Shown: piece after piece, positions 45,942 to 56,333 of the stretch
Layout of the letters: each line of letters starts with the position of its first letter
Position numbering within the stretch: position 1 is the stretch's first letter
NCBI GenBank assembly: GCA_963841735.1
Contig: CAWJDT010000004.1
Coordinates: 224,001 to 288,000, forward strand
Length of the DNA stretch: 64,000 nucleotides
Direction of reading: 5' to 3'
Source: an uncultured Actinomycetes bacterium
Lineage (GTDB): Bacteria > Actinomycetota > Thermoleophilia > RBG-16-64-13
Notes under the pieces: model-generated
Databases searched by the model: none
What the model saw: only the letters and a program-made list of their open reading frames with translations
What the model was told of the DNA's origin: nothing
Translations under genes and position numbers: made by a program

Positions 45942-47149
45942 AGCAATCCCTCACGCTTGCGCGCCCACACCTCGAGCGGCAGTCCCCACAGATGGATGAA
46001 CCCTACCGCCGACGAATGGCTGAACGTGTCGCCCGATCCATACGTGGCAAGATCACTCACATATAGAGAGTTCGGCGAACGCCTGCCGACCACGCGGCAC
46101 GAACCCTTGAAGTACTGCAGCCGCACCTCTCCGGTGACGTACTTCTGGCTCTCCTCGATGAAGGCGCGCAGCGAACCCGCCAGCGGGCTGAACCACAAGC
46201 CATCGTAGATCAGCTCGGTGAGCCGCTGATCGATCATGGTCTTGAAGTGCTGCAGCTCCCTAGTGAGAGTGAGATCCTCTATCTCCCGGTGGGCCATAAT
46301 CAAGGACAGCGACCCGGGAACCTCGTAGACTTCCCGGCTCTTGATGCCCACCAAGCGATTCTCCACCATGTCGACTCGGCCGAAGCCGTGAGACCCAGCG
46401 AGTGCGTCCAGTCTCTCCACAAGCTCCACAGGCCCCAGAGTTTGGCCGTCAAGTGATACCGGGACGCCCTTCTCGATGCCCACCACCACTTCCACGGGCT
46501 GGTCCGGGGCATCTGCGGGATCCACCGTGAACGCATACGCACCCGAGGGGGCGGCTGCCCAGGGATCTTCCAGCTCTCCGCATTCGATGGCCCGACCCCA
46601 AAGGTTTTCGTCGATGGAATATGGGTTCTTCTTGGTGAGAGGCAAGTCGATGCCACGCGCTTCGAGATAGTCCAGGAGCTCCGGGCGGGTCATGTTCCAC
46701 TCCCTTGCCGGACCCAGCACGGTGATGGTGGGGTCGAGGCAACGAACCCCCACGTCGATGCGTACCTGGTCATTGCCTTTGGCGGTGCAGCCGTGAGCCA
46801 CTACTTTCGCCCCATACTCCTTGGCCACTTCGACCATCTTCTTAGCGATGAGCGGCCGCGAAAGCGCCGAGTGCAGCGGATACTTGCCCTCGTACAACGC
46901 ATTCGCCTTCATAGCCTCGAACGCGAAGTCCTCAAGGAACTCCTCTTTGGCGTCAAGCACGATGGACGCAACCGCACCGGCCGTGAGCGCCCGCTGCCGC
47001 AGTGTCTCCACGTCCTTCATCCGGCCCACGTCTATCAGTACAGCGATGATGTCGTAGCCGTACTTCTCCTTCATATAGGGCACCAAGGCCGACGTATCCA
47101 GTCCGCCGGAATAGGCCAGTACGCACTTCTCATTGCCCATGTGGGTCAT
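45938..47149 (-). CDS. argG: Argininosuccinate synthase
   Basis: Motifs LAYSGGLDTS, HGCTAKGNDQVR and ENRLVGIKSRE. Confidence 0.97.
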   Translation of the reverse strand: MTHMGNEKCVLAYSGGLDTSALVPYMKEKYGYDIIAVLIDVGRMKDVETLRQRALTAGAVASIVLDAKEEFLEDFAFEAMKANALYEGKYPLHSALSRPLIAKKMVEVAKEYGAKVVAHGCTAKGNDQVRIDVGVRCLDPTITVLGPAREWNMTRPELLDYLEARGIDLPLTKKNPYSIDENLWGRAIECGELEDPWAAAPSGAYAFTVDPADAPDQPVEVVVGIEKGVPVSLDGQTLGPVELVERLDALAGSHGFGRVDMVENRLVGIKSREVYEVPGSLSLIMAHREIEDLTLTRELQHFKTMIDQRLTELIYDGLWFSPLAGSLRAFIEESQKYVTGEVRLQYFKGSCRVVGRRSPNSLYVSDLATYGSGDTFSHSSAVGFIHLWGLPLEVWARKREGLL

Positions 47150-47604
47150 CCTCCTAGTTGTCTTAGATAGGAGCCGACGGCTTCAGCCGACCGCATCTCC
47201 TTGGTTACCAATAGCACCGTGTCGTCTCCCGCAACGCAGCCGATGATCATCTCGTGATCGAGTTCATCGATGACGCGGCCAAGCCCCGGCGCCGCCCCGG
47301 GATCGCAACGGAGCACCAATAGGTTCTGAGCCACCTCTATCCCCCGGCCGAAATCCCTCAGCATCCGCCCGCACGCAGCCTGCGGATCCGGGCGCTCCTC
47401 CGCCGTAGCGATGTAGGCGTAGCGGACGCGCCCAGCCCGGTCCCGCTCCTTCTGCAGGCCCATCTCCATGAGGTCGCGGCTGACAGTCGCTTGCGTGACC
47501 GCACAACCGGCCGCTATCAACGCTTCTACAAGTTCCTGCTGGTTCGCGATGGAACGCTCCCGCAACAACCGGCGCAGGAGCTGTTGCCGCTGCCTCTTGT
47601 TCAC
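47146..47604 (-). CDS. argR: Arginine repressor
   Basis: Motifs QQELV, VTQATVSRDL and GCVAGDDT. The GTG start at 47604 overlaps the argF stop. Confidence 0.94.
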   Translation of the reverse strand: MNKRQRQQLLRRLLRERSIANQQELVEALIAAGCAVTQATVSRDLMEMGLQKERDRAGRVRYAYIATAEERPDPQAACGRMLRDFGRGIEVAQNLLVLRCDPGAAPGLGRVIDELDHEMIIGCVAGDDTVLLVTKEMRSAEAVGSYLRQLGG

Positions 47605-48521
47605 CGAAGGTCTGCTCCCATAAGAAAGGCCATCAGGGCCTTCTGCGCGTGCAGTCTGTTCTCCGCCTGGTCGAAAACCACTGACCACGGCCCGTCCATG
47701 GCCTCGTCGGTGATCTCCTCCCCTCGGTGAGCGGGCAGGCAGTGCATGACGATGGCCTCCGGTCGGGCCCTGAACAGTAGCTGCATAGTCAGCTGATAGG
47801 AACGCATCGCCTGCATCTTATACGAGTCGGACTGCTGACCCATGCTGATCCAGACGTCGGTATACAGCGCCGAGGCATCCGCCACAGCAGCCTCGGGGTC
47901 GCGCTCCACCCAGACCTTCGCACCGTTCTCCTCCGCCACCGCAGCAGCCCGCTCCAACCTCTCCTGGGGAATATCAAACCCTTCTGGCACGCTGAGACAC
48001 ACATCTATCCCAGAGAGCGCACCGGCGTCGGCCAGTGACGCCGCCACATTGTTGCCGTCGCCCAGATAGGTGATCTTGCGTCCGGCAGAATCCGGGAATC
48101 TCTCTCTAAAAGTGAAGATGTCGGTGAGGGCCTGGCAGGGATGCTCGTCGTCGGTCAGGGCGTTGATCACCGGCACAGTGGCAGCGGCCGCCAATTCCTC
48201 CACATCCTTTTGGGCGAACGTGCGAATGACGATGCCATCTACGTAGCGAGACAGCACCCGGGCCGTGTCTTCGAGACTCTCCGACTTACGCATCTGCAGA
48301 TCCTGCTCGGGCATGTAGAGAGGCATGCCTCCCATCTGGTGCACCCCGACGCTAAACGAAACGCGCGTGCGCGTAGACGGCTTGGCGAAGATGAGGGCCA
48401 CGGTCTTGCCGCCGAGCACCGGGGCGAGAGGGGTCCGCTTCCATGCGGCTGCCTGCGTCAGCAGCTCTTCCCACTCTGCCTTGCTCAGATCGGGGACCGT
48501 AAGAAAATGCCTGACGTCCAT
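47601..48521 (-). CDS. argF: Ornithine carbamoyltransferase
   Basis: Motifs STRTR, HPCQ, DVWISMG, HCLPAHRG and DQAENR. Confidence 0.96.
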   Translation of the reverse strand: MDVRHFLTVPDLSKAEWEELLTQAAAWKRTPLAPVLGGKTVALIFAKPSTRTRVSFSVGVHQMGGMPLYMPEQDLQMRKSESLEDTARVLSRYVDGIVIRTFAQKDVEELAAAATVPVINALTDDEHPCQALTDIFTFRERFPDSAGRKITYLGDGNNVAASLADAGALSGIDVCLSVPEGFDIPQERLERAAAVAEENGAKVWVERDPEAAVADASALYTDVWISMGQQSDSYKMQAMRSYQLTMQLLFRARPEAIVMHCLPAHRGEEITDEAMDGPWSVVFDQAENRLHAQKALMAFLMGADLR

Positions 48522-48537
48522 CTTCCTCCTCCTAGGT

Positions 48538-49446
48538 CTAAGAACCCAAGGTGCCTGGGACGATCTTCGTACCCAGCCCGGCATCGTCGGTCAAGATCTC
48601 CAGCAGCACCGAGTGTGCGATGCGTCCATCGATGATGTGAGCCGCCCGCACCCCCGCCCGCAGGCTGGTAAGCACAGCCTCCAGTTTAGGGATCATGCCT
48701 TCCGATACCTTGCCGCCGTCTATGAATGCGGCCACATCGTCACCGCTACACTCCGACAACGTACTATCTTCGTCGTCAACATCCACAAGCAGGCCACCCA
48801 CGTCGGTGAGAAACACCACCTTTTCAGCCTTCAGCGCCGCGGCCAACGCTCCAGCCACGGTGTCCGCGTTGATGTTGTAGCTCTCGCCACCCGGTCCCAC
48901 TCCCACCGAGGCGACCACCGGCACGTAGTCAGCCTCCAACAGCGTAAGGAGCCCGACATTGACCTCCCTGACCTCGCCCACGAGACCCAGGTTGAGGATA
49001 TTGCCATCGCGGTCACGCTTGACTAGGGATTGCGCCTTCAGGAGCCCCCCGTCGTCGCCGCAGAGCCCTACCGCCGGAGCCCCCTTGCTGTTGATAAGGC
49101 CCACGATCTCCTTGTTCACCTTGCCCACCAACACCATCTTGGCCACTTCCATGGTGGCAGCGTCGGTGACCCGAAGTCCGTCCACGAACTTCACGGGCAT
49201 ATCGAGACGCTCCATATAGGAACTGATCTCCTTGCCACCCCCGTGGACAATGATCGGTTTGATGCCTACGTAGCGCAACATGGCGATATCGGTGGCAAAC
49301 TCGTCCTTAAGATCGGCGGAGCTCATCGCCGCCCCCCCATACTTGATCACCATCGTGCTCCCGCTGAACATGCGGATATAGGGGAGCGACTCGAGCAACG
49401 TCTGCACCCGCTTGTGATAGACCTCGCGCATGACCTTCTTCCCCAT
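48538..49446 (-). CDS. argB: Acetylglutamate kinase
   Basis: Motifs IKYGG, VHGGG, GLRVTD, NINAD and GMIPK. Start is 49446 or 49431. Confidence 0.96.
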   Translation of the reverse strand: MGKKVMREVYHKRVQTLLESLPYIRMFSGSTMVIKYGGAAMSSADLKDEFATDIAMLRYVGIKPIIVHGGGKEISSYMERLDMPVKFVDGLRVTDAATMEVAKMVLVGKVNKEIVGLINSKGAPAVGLCGDDGGLLKAQSLVKRDRDGNILNLGLVGEVREVNVGLLTLLEADYVPVVASVGVGPGGESYNINADTVAGALAAALKAEKVVFLTDVGGLLVDVDDEDSTLSECSGDDVAAFIDGGKVSEGMIPKLEAVLTSLRAGVRAAHIIDGRIAHSVLLEILTDDAGLGTKIVPGTLGS

Positions 49447-49447
49447 C

Positions 49448-50776
49448 CTAGGTGTGATACTCAGCGTTGATTCTGATGTACTCATGCCCCATATCGGCGA
49501 AGAACAGCTCCGCGCCCGCTTTGTCCAGGCCCAGGTCCAGGTCGATGTCGACTTCTGGCGATTTCATGGCGGCCGCCATGCGCTCTCTGTCGGCCTTATC
49601 GACCGGACAGCCGGCGCCGCCACTGACGACCGAGACCCCGCACAGGCGCAGCATCGCTCCCGGTAGAGACTGTCCGGCCATCGCAGCCCCCGCCGAGCTG
49701 ATGATGCGGCCCCAGTTCGCATCGGAGCCGTGCATGGCCGTCTTCACAAGCGGCGAACCTGCGACGGCCCGAGCGACGCGCATGGCGGCCTCCTCGCTCC
49801 CGGCGCCCTCCACCGTCACACGCATGATCTTGGTTGCACCCTCACCATCGGCCACCATCATCAAGGCCAGTCGCAACAGTAGGGCGGTGAGTGCCTCGCC
49901 GATCTCGCCGAGGGCGACCGGGCCGGGGCGCACCCCCGAGGCCCCACTCGCAAGGAAGAACAAGGAGTCGTTGGTACTCATCTCCCCATCTACGGTGATC
50001 CGATTGAATGACTTGGCGACCGAGTCGCAGAGCAGCGACCGTATCTCGCCAGCTGTGAGCTGGGCGTCAGTGGTGACCACGCAGAGCATGGTGGCCATCG
50101 CCGGGGCTATCATCCCTGCTCCCTTGACGCACCCTCCCAGTCGCACCGTCCCGTCGGCCGTTTCCACCGAGACCGCGCAGGCCTTGGGGAAGCGATCGGT
50201 GGTCATGATGCTGCGGTTGAATTCAGCCCCGCCATCGGGCTTGACCGCCAGGGCGGCCGTCTTGACACCCGCGGCCACAAGAACCGCGTCCAATTGCACC
50301 CCGATGATGCCCGTAGAACCAACCGCCACCTGAGCGGGGGGAACTCCCAGAGCGTCCGCGCAGCTCTTCTGCATGGACCGGGCGACCGCCATTCCGGCGT
50401 CTCCCGTACAAGCATTTGCATTGCCGCTGTTCATCCCCACGGCCACAAGATGCTGCAGATCGCACTCAGTGCGGTTCACCAGCACCGGTGGCGCCGCAAA
50501 CGCGTTGGTGGTGAACACCGCAGCCGAGCTCGTCTGGCTGCGCCATTCAGGTGCCACAGCAAGCACACCCACATCCGGGCGGCCGCTTTCCTTCAAGCCC
50601 GCAACCACGCCCGCGGCGAGAAAGCCCGCCGGGTAGGTGACCCCGGCAGACATCCCCCCGGGTTCTACCAGCGTCACGCCTCGCGGAAACCGCAGATACC
50701 GGGATTGATGTGGGGCGACCACGACCGGGTGCTCCGGCCCTCCGCCTGAGGCGCCCACTGTTGTGCCGTAGCTCAT
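49448..50776 (-). CDS. argJ: Ornithine acetyltransferase / N-acetylglutamate synthase
   Basis: Motifs NSGNANACTG, KGAGMIAPAMATML (autoproteolysis Thr), DGEGATK and NWGRI. Confidence 0.96.
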   Translation of the reverse strand: MSYGTTVGASGGGPEHPVVVAPHQSRYLRFPRGVTLVEPGGMSAGVTYPAGFLAAGVVAGLKESGRPDVGVLAVAPEWRSQTSSAAVFTTNAFAAPPVLVNRTECDLQHLVAVGMNSGNANACTGDAGMAVARSMQKSCADALGVPPAQVAVGSTGIIGVQLDAVLVAAGVKTAALAVKPDGGAEFNRSIMTTDRFPKACAVSVETADGTVRLGGCVKGAGMIAPAMATMLCVVTTDAQLTAGEIRSLLCDSVAKSFNRITVDGEMSTNDSLFFLASGASGVRPGPVALGEIGEALTALLLRLALMMVADGEGATKIMRVTVEGAGSEEAAMRVARAVAGSPLVKTAMHGSDANWGRIISSAGAAMAGQSLPGAMLRLCGVSVVSGGAGCPVDKADRERMAAAMKSPEVDIDLDLGLDKAGAELFFADMGHEYIRINAEYHT

Positions 50777-51783
50777 ACTTTCCTCCGCAGACCGGCGTCC
50801 TCGGCCAGCCCGAACATGCAGTTCATGTTCTGAACCGCTTGGCCGGACGCACCTTTGACAAGGTTGTCGATGACCGAGAACACTTTCACCACACCCGCTG
50901 CAGCGTCCTCTCTCACGGTGATGCGACAGAAGTTCGTGCCCACCACCTCCGAGAGGTCGGGCATGTGGTCGCACACTTCCACAAACGTGGCTTCCGCATA
51001 GTAGGCGCGGTATTCATCGAGCCAAGCCGCATTACCCCGCAGCCCACCCGCCGGCCGAAAGTAGGCCGTGCTCAGGATGCCGCGGTCGACCGGCAGCAAG
51101 TGTGGCGTGAACGAAACCGCTACCGTGTTGTCAGCGGCAATGCTCAACTCCTGCGCCATCTCCGGTGTGTGGCGGTGTCCCACTTCACTGTAGGCGCGGA
51201 AGTTGCCGCTCACCGCGCAAAAGTGGGTCTTCGCGGTAGGGGTGCGCCCTGCGCCTGACACTCCCGACTTCGAATCAACAATCACCGTGCCCTCGACGTC
51301 GCGAGCCACCGGCAGCAGGCTGAGCAACATCGCCGTGGGGTAGCAGCCCGGATTGGCTATCAACCGAGCCGCCGCGATCTTCTCCCGGTAGACCTCCGGC
51401 AGCCCGAAGACCGCTTCGGCCAACAGGTCCGCCCGAGGATGTTCGAATCCATACCAAGCCGGATAGGCCTTCGGATCCTTTAGACGAAAGTCGGCGCTAA
51501 GATCGACCACCCGGCAGCCCTCGTCGAGGAGTCGGGCGACTACACCGTGGGCCTCCGCGTGGGGATAACAGACGAACACAACGTCAGATCCGGCTAATGC
51601 CCCCGGCGCAAACTCAACGTAACGTTGCTCCACCCGCTGCGCTGGGAACACCTCAGCGACCCTTCGCCCCACAAACGACTTGCTGGTGAGTGCATGCAGG
51701 GTCACATGGGGATGTTCCGCCAGAATGTCGGTGAGAACGGCGCCAGTGTAGCCTGTCGCTCCGACGATGCTTGCCGTGATCAC
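50773..51783 (-). CDS. argC: N-acetyl-gamma-glutamyl-phosphate reductase
   Basis: Motifs GATGYTG, DLSADFR, NPGCYPT, SGVSGAG and DNLVKGASGQAVQN. GTG start at 51783. Confidence 0.96.
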   Translation of the reverse strand: MITASIVGATGYTGAVLTDILAEHPHVTLHALTSKSFVGRRVAEVFPAQRVEQRYVEFAPGALAGSDVVFVCYPHAEAHGVVARLLDEGCRVVDLSADFRLKDPKAYPAWYGFEHPRADLLAEAVFGLPEVYREKIAAARLIANPGCYPTAMLLSLLPVARDVEGTVIVDSKSGVSGAGRTPTAKTHFCAVSGNFRAYSEVGHRHTPEMAQELSIAADNTVAVSFTPHLLPVDRGILSTAYFRPAGGLRGNAAWLDEYRAYYAEATFVEVCDHMPDLSEVVGTNFCRITVREDAAAGVVKVFSVIDNLVKGASGQAVQNMNCMFGLAEDAGLRRKV

Positions 51784-51859
51784 GCTCGCGCCTTTCGTCC
51801 GTTGACTAGGCAGTCTCCGGGATCGTACCAGCACAGGTGCGCCCGCCGACTGCCACATC

Positions 51860-51888
51860 ATTATACATACGGATGCAAACTCATGCAA
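51860..51888 (-). promoter_or_regulatory. arg operon promoter with overlapping ARG-box-like operators
   Basis: TTGCAT-N17-TATAAT containing TGCATGAGTTTGCA and TGCATCCGTATGTA, which resemble the actinobacterial ARG box TGCAT-N4-ATGCA. Confidence 0.75.
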
Positions 51889-51929
51889 GCGAACTCAAAC
51901 ACGCGAGTCCCCCCTGAGCGGCTATCTAC

Positions 51930-54359
51930 CTAGGCGCGCAGTTCGGCTCCCAAGTCGGCAGAAACCTTGCCGACCATGCGTTCGCGCAGTCGGTTGATCT
52001 CGGCTTCGCTAAGTGTACGATCGGGCGCTCGAAAACTCAGGCGTAGAGCCAAGCTCTTCTTCCCGGCCTCCACCTGGGCACCTTCATACAAGTCGAACAC
52101 GGTGACCGTCTCAAGCAAGTCGCCCCCCGCCCGGCGAACGCTGTCAACAACCGCCGCCGCGGGCACGTCGGTCGACACCACCAGCGCAAGATCTTGCTCA
52201 ACTATCGGATATGCAAGAAGATCGCGAAAGGTCACCACGTCCTGCGCCGCGCCCAGCAGACAGGCTATGTCCAGCTCGGCAGCCACCAAGGGACCACGCA
52301 GGTCGTACGCCTGGGACACCAAGGGATGCACTTCGCCGAGCCAACCCACTTCTCGCTGCTCAGCATCGCGCACCACAGCGCTCTTGCCCGGATGCAGGAA
52401 GGGCTCAGCTGCCCGGCTGTACGCGAGCGAGACGTGCAGGGCGGCCGACAACCTCTCAACCATACCCTTGACTAAGAAGTAGTCCACGCTAGTGTCCGAG
52501 CGATTCCAGGAATCTCCCCCCCATTCGCCAGCCACCAGGATGCCCACATGTGCCTCCTCGCGAGGCAACCCGCCACCAGGCTGGGTGGTGGGCAAGAATA
52601 CCCGGCCCAATTCGAACACCGGTACCCTCTCCTCACGCACCGAGACGTTCCGCCGGGCGATATCGAGTAGACCCGGCAACAGCATGGTCTGCATGACCGA
52701 CTGCTCTCCACTCAGCGGGTTGGCCAGGACGATCCCCTGGCGCCGAGGATCTTCCGGGGCAAGACGCAGACGGTCGGGCCACTTGTCGTCGCCGAAGCTA
52801 TAGCTGATAACTTGCGACAGTCCGCCACCCACCAATAGGTCCTCGATCTCGCGTGCACGCTTCTGTTCTACGCTCAGACCGCCGCGGCCCACACGACGCC
52901 CGGGGACTGTGGAGGGGATCCGGTCGAGGCCGTGAACACGGGCGACCTCCTCGATGAGGTCTATCTCGCGCTCGAGATCGGCCCGGTAGCTGGGCACGGC
53001 CACCTGAAGATCGGCGCCCTCCACAGCCACCTCGCACCCGAGGTTGGATAGGATGGCAGCCGCTTCCGCACCTTCCACGACTTTTCCGAGGATCTGCCGG
53101 ACACGCTCGGCCCGCAGGCGCAGGGTAGTCGGAGCACGAGGCGGAACGCGTACGTCCACTGTGCCCACCGACACCGTGCCCCCGCACAGCTCGGCAAACA
53201 TCTTGCACGCCATGTCCAAGGCCGGGGTGATGGCCTCGGGATCGAGCCCCTTCTCGTAGCGAGTCGAGGCCTCGGAGCGCAGCGCCAAAGCCGAGGATGT
53301 CCGCATGACCGACGGGCCGGAGAAGTTGGCCCCTTCCAGGAGGATATCTGCCGTAGAGGACGTGATCTCGCTATCGAGACCGCCCATGATCCCGGCCACG
53401 ACCGACGCCCGTTCGGCGTCGGCTATCACCAGCATCTGGTCGTCCAGCACCCGCTGTTCGTCATCCAGGGTCACGAGGGTTTCCCCTGGGTATGCCCGGC
53501 GAACGACGATGCGGCCTCCCCGTATGGTATGCAGGTCAAATGCATGCAGTGGTTGTCCGAGTGCCCACTGCACGTAGTTTGTGACATCAACCACGTTACT
53601 TATGGGGCGCATCCCAACATGGCAGAGACGGGCCTTGAGCCAGAGCGGAGACTCCCCTATCTTGACGCCGCGTATGACGCGACCCGCGTAGCGCGGACAG
53701 AGATCGGAGTCAAAGACGTCAATAGTGATGTCTTCTTCCACCCGACGCCCACCAACAGTGTGAGCGTAAGTGGTCTGCTCGGCAAAAGCCGCCCCGGTGA
53801 TGGCGGCTATCTCCCTGGCGAGACCTCTGATCGAAAGGCAATCAGGTCGGTTGGGTGTGACCTCCACTTCCAGCACATGATCGCTGATGGCAAAGTGCTC
53901 TGATAGCTGCTCTCCCGCCTGCCATTCCGCAGGGAGCACCATGATGCCGGCACTCTTGGCGGCAAGCCCAAGTTCGGCCTCCGACATGATCATTCCAGAC
54001 GACACGACGCCCCGCAGCTTGGCTTCCTTGATGGCCATACCGTTGGGGAACACTCCCCCCGGGAGTACCACTGCCACCGTCTGACCCGCCGCCACATTAG
54101 CCGCCCCGCATACGATTGTGCGCGGCTGCCCCTCCCCCACGTCTACCAAGCACACCGACAGCTTGTCGGCGTCGGGATGGCGGCCGCATTCGAGCAACTT
54201 GCCCACCACGAAACGGCTGAGGTTGTCACCTTCGTCCGAGATGCCCACCGCCACAACCCGCTCAACTTCGGTGCCGGTAAGCGCCAGCCGCGAGGCCAGT
54301 TCATCCACGGACGTCTCGATGGGCACATACTCACGTAGCCATGACAAGGGCGCTTTCAT
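51930..54359 (-). CDS. pheT: Phenylalanine--tRNA ligase beta subunit
   Basis: Starts MKAPLSWL; also HPDADKL, VCGA.N, TPNRPD, EIDLIEEVAR and C-terminal FDX-ACB (KKSLA). Confidence 0.97.
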   Translation of the reverse strand: MKAPLSWLREYVPIETSVDELASRLALTGTEVERVVAVGISDEGDNLSRFVVGKLLECGRHPDADKLSVCLVDVGEGQPRTIVCGAANVAAGQTVAVVLPGGVFPNGMAIKEAKLRGVVSSGMIMSEAELGLAAKSAGIMVLPAEWQAGEQLSEHFAISDHVLEVEVTPNRPDCLSIRGLAREIAAITGAAFAEQTTYAHTVGGRRVEEDITIDVFDSDLCPRYAGRVIRGVKIGESPLWLKARLCHVGMRPISNVVDVTNYVQWALGQPLHAFDLHTIRGGRIVVRRAYPGETLVTLDDEQRVLDDQMLVIADAERASVVAGIMGGLDSEITSSTADILLEGANFSGPSVMRTSSALALRSEASTRYEKGLDPEAITPALDMACKMFAELCGGTVSVGTVDVRVPPRAPTTLRLRAERVRQILGKVVEGAEAAAILSNLGCEVAVEGADLQVAVPSYRADLEREIDLIEEVARVHGLDRIPSTVPGRRVGRGGLSVEQKRAREIEDLLVGGGLSQVISYSFGDDKWPDRLRLAPEDPRRQGIVLANPLSGEQSVMQTMLLPGLLDIARRNVSVREERVPVFELGRVFLPTTQPGGGLPREEAHVGILVAGEWGGDSWNRSDTSVDYFLVKGMVERLSAALHVSLAYSRAAEPFLHPGKSAVVRDAEQREVGWLGEVHPLVSQAYDLRGPLVAAELDIACLLGAAQDVVTFRDLLAYPIVEQDLALVVSTDVPAAAVVDSVRRAGGDLLETVTVFDLYEGAQVEAGKKSLALRLSFRAPDRTLSEAEINRLRERMVGKVSADLGAELRA

Positions 54360-54369
54360 GCAGACTCCC

Positions 54370-55419
54370 TCAAAACTGGCGCGTGAAGCGCAGGTCGTTT
54401 TCAAAAAACAGGCGCAGATCGGTCACACCATGCTTGAGCAGGGCGATTCGCTCCACGCCCATGCCGAAGGCAAATCCGGTGTACACCTCGGGGTCGTATC
54501 CCACAAATCCAAACACGTTGGGATCGACCATGCCGGCTCCCAGTATCTCCACCCAGCCGCTTCTCTTGCAGAGCCGGCAACCGCCCCCGTCGCAGGCCAT
54601 ACAGGACACATCCACCTCCACCGACGGCTCGGTGAAGGGGAAGAAGTGCGGACGAAGACGTACTTTCCTGTCGGCGCCGAACATAGCCCTGGCGAAATTC
54701 TCGAGCGTGCCCTTTAGGTCGGCCAGCGCTATGCCCTCATCGACCACCAGTCCCTCGACCTGGTGGAACATGGGAGTGTGAGTCGCATCGCTGTCGCGCC
54801 GGTAGGTCTTGCCGGGAGCGATGATGTATACAGGGGGCCGCTGCTTCTCCATGGTACGCACCTGCACCGGTGAGGTATGGGTGCGCAGCAGGATGCCCTC
54901 ACCGACAAAGAAGGTGTCGTGCAGGGAACGGGCCGGATGATCCGCGGGCGTGTTGAGGGCCTCGAAGTTGTAGTACTCGGTCTCGATCTCGGGCCCCGTG
55001 ACGATCTCATAGCCCATGCCCACGAAGATATCCTCTATCTCACGCTGGGTCTGAGTCACCAAGTGTAGATGCCCCAGGGCCGACCACCGGCCGGGCAGGG
55101 TGATGTCCACCTGGTCCTTTCCGAGGCCGACGACCAGGTCTTGGGTCTCCAGCTCGAGTCGTCGGGCTTCCACAGCCTCCTCGAGGGTTGTGCGGATAAG
55201 GTTGCCCATCTTGCCTACTTCGCGGCGCTCCTGCGCGGGCAACTCCGCGATGGACCGCAGCAGCAGAACAAGGTCGGCCTTGCGGCCCAAGAAACGCACC
55301 CGCACGGCTTCGAGCGCTGCCAGGTCGGCAGTCGTAGCTACCGCTTCCAGACCGCCCGTGTAGATATTCCTCAGGTCGGCTCTGGACAACTCTGCGAGAA
55401 TCCGGTCGTTCTCTGGAAT
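54370..55419 (-). CDS. pheS: Phenylalanine--tRNA ligase alpha subunit (start ATT 55419 or TTG 55389)
   Basis: Motifs HPAR..HDTF, LRTHTSPVQ, FHQVEG, FPFTEPS and GFAFGMGVER. Confidence 0.95.
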   Translation of the reverse strand: MPENDRILAELSRADLRNIYTGGLEAVATTADLAALEAVRVRFLGRKADLVLLLRSIAELPAQERREVGKMGNLIRTTLEEAVEARRLELETQDLVVGLGKDQVDITLPGRWSALGHLHLVTQTQREIEDIFVGMGYEIVTGPEIETEYYNFEALNTPADHPARSLHDTFFVGEGILLRTHTSPVQVRTMEKQRPPVYIIAPGKTYRRDSDATHTPMFHQVEGLVVDEGIALADLKGTLENFARAMFGADRKVRLRPHFFPFTEPSVEVDVSCMACDGGGCRLCKRSGWVEILGAGMVDPNVFGFVGYDPEVYTGFAFGMGVERIALLKHGVTDLRLFFENDLRFTRQF

Positions 55420-55444
55420 GGTCCCTCCCTCCGAAAACTCGATC

Positions 55445-56296
55445 CTATCGGACGCTTTGGCTATTTGCCACTGATGCGTCCCGGCTATTGCGCCACATCT
55501 CATAGGCCAGAACCGTGCCGGCCATAGCGACGTTTAAAGAGTCAAACTGTGCCTGAGGGATGCACACCCGCGCTCTGCCGGCCCAGGCGGACCCAGGACC
55601 GCTGCGCTCTTCCCCCAATACCACCACGGCCCCCGCTATAGCCGCCACCTCGCGCACGTCCTGCCCGGCATGCGGATCGGCCACCCAAATCTCTGGGGGC
55701 GTCTCACCCCGCTGCCCCAAAGCAGCTAGCCTCGCCACGAGATCACCTGGAGCCACTTCGACCACCACCGGCAGCTCGAACTGCGCTCCCATACCTGCTC
55801 GCATAGCTTTCGGCCCATACGGATCGGCGGTGCCCGGCGAGCACATGATGCCCGCAAGCCCGAAGGCCACCGCGCTCCGCACCAGAGTACCCACATTGCC
55901 CGGGTCGCCGACCCCGTCCAGATACAACGTTACCCGGCCGCCGAGCCCCACACCGGCCAGATTCCACTCCGGTTGCGCACACGTGAAGATCACATCGGCA
56001 GCACCGCCCAGCGAGCCCGCGTACTCTAGGGTCTCCTGGTCACAAACGCCGATATCGACGACACCCAGTCCCTCACCCTCGGAAGCGGCTCGCTTCCGTA
56101 ACTCCGCTGGAAGACCGCCCAGTAGATCGGTACGTACCAGCACATCCCGTATGTCAGCCTGCGAGCTCACGGCCGCCCGAAGCAAGTCCATGCCTTCGCA
56201 AACGAGCAAACCCCGTTCACGCCGATGCTTCTTCTTCTGCAGCTTGCGCGCCAGTTTGACGCTGTGATTCTGCCGTCCGGCGATGTCGCGGATCAC
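55445..56296 (-). CDS. TrmH/SpoU family RNA methyltransferase
   Basis: Motifs DPGNVGTLVRSA, G.E..G and SLNVA. Canonical position between rplT and pheS. Confidence 0.9.
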   Translation of the reverse strand: MIRDIAGRQNHSVKLARKLQKKKHRRERGLLVCEGMDLLRAAVSSQADIRDVLVRTDLLGGLPAELRKRAASEGEGLGVVDIGVCDQETLEYAGSLGGAADVIFTCAQPEWNLAGVGLGGRVTLYLDGVGDPGNVGTLVRSAVAFGLAGIMCSPGTADPYGPKAMRAGMGAQFELPVVVEVAPGDLVARLAALGQRGETPPEIWVADPHAGQDVREVAAIAGAVVVLGEERSGPGSAWAGRARVCIPQAQFDSLNVAMAGTVLAYEMWRNSRDASVANSQSVR

Positions 56297-56333
56297 AGGT
56301 ACGAATCCCGGCGTGGCGGCTGTGGAAGCGAGA

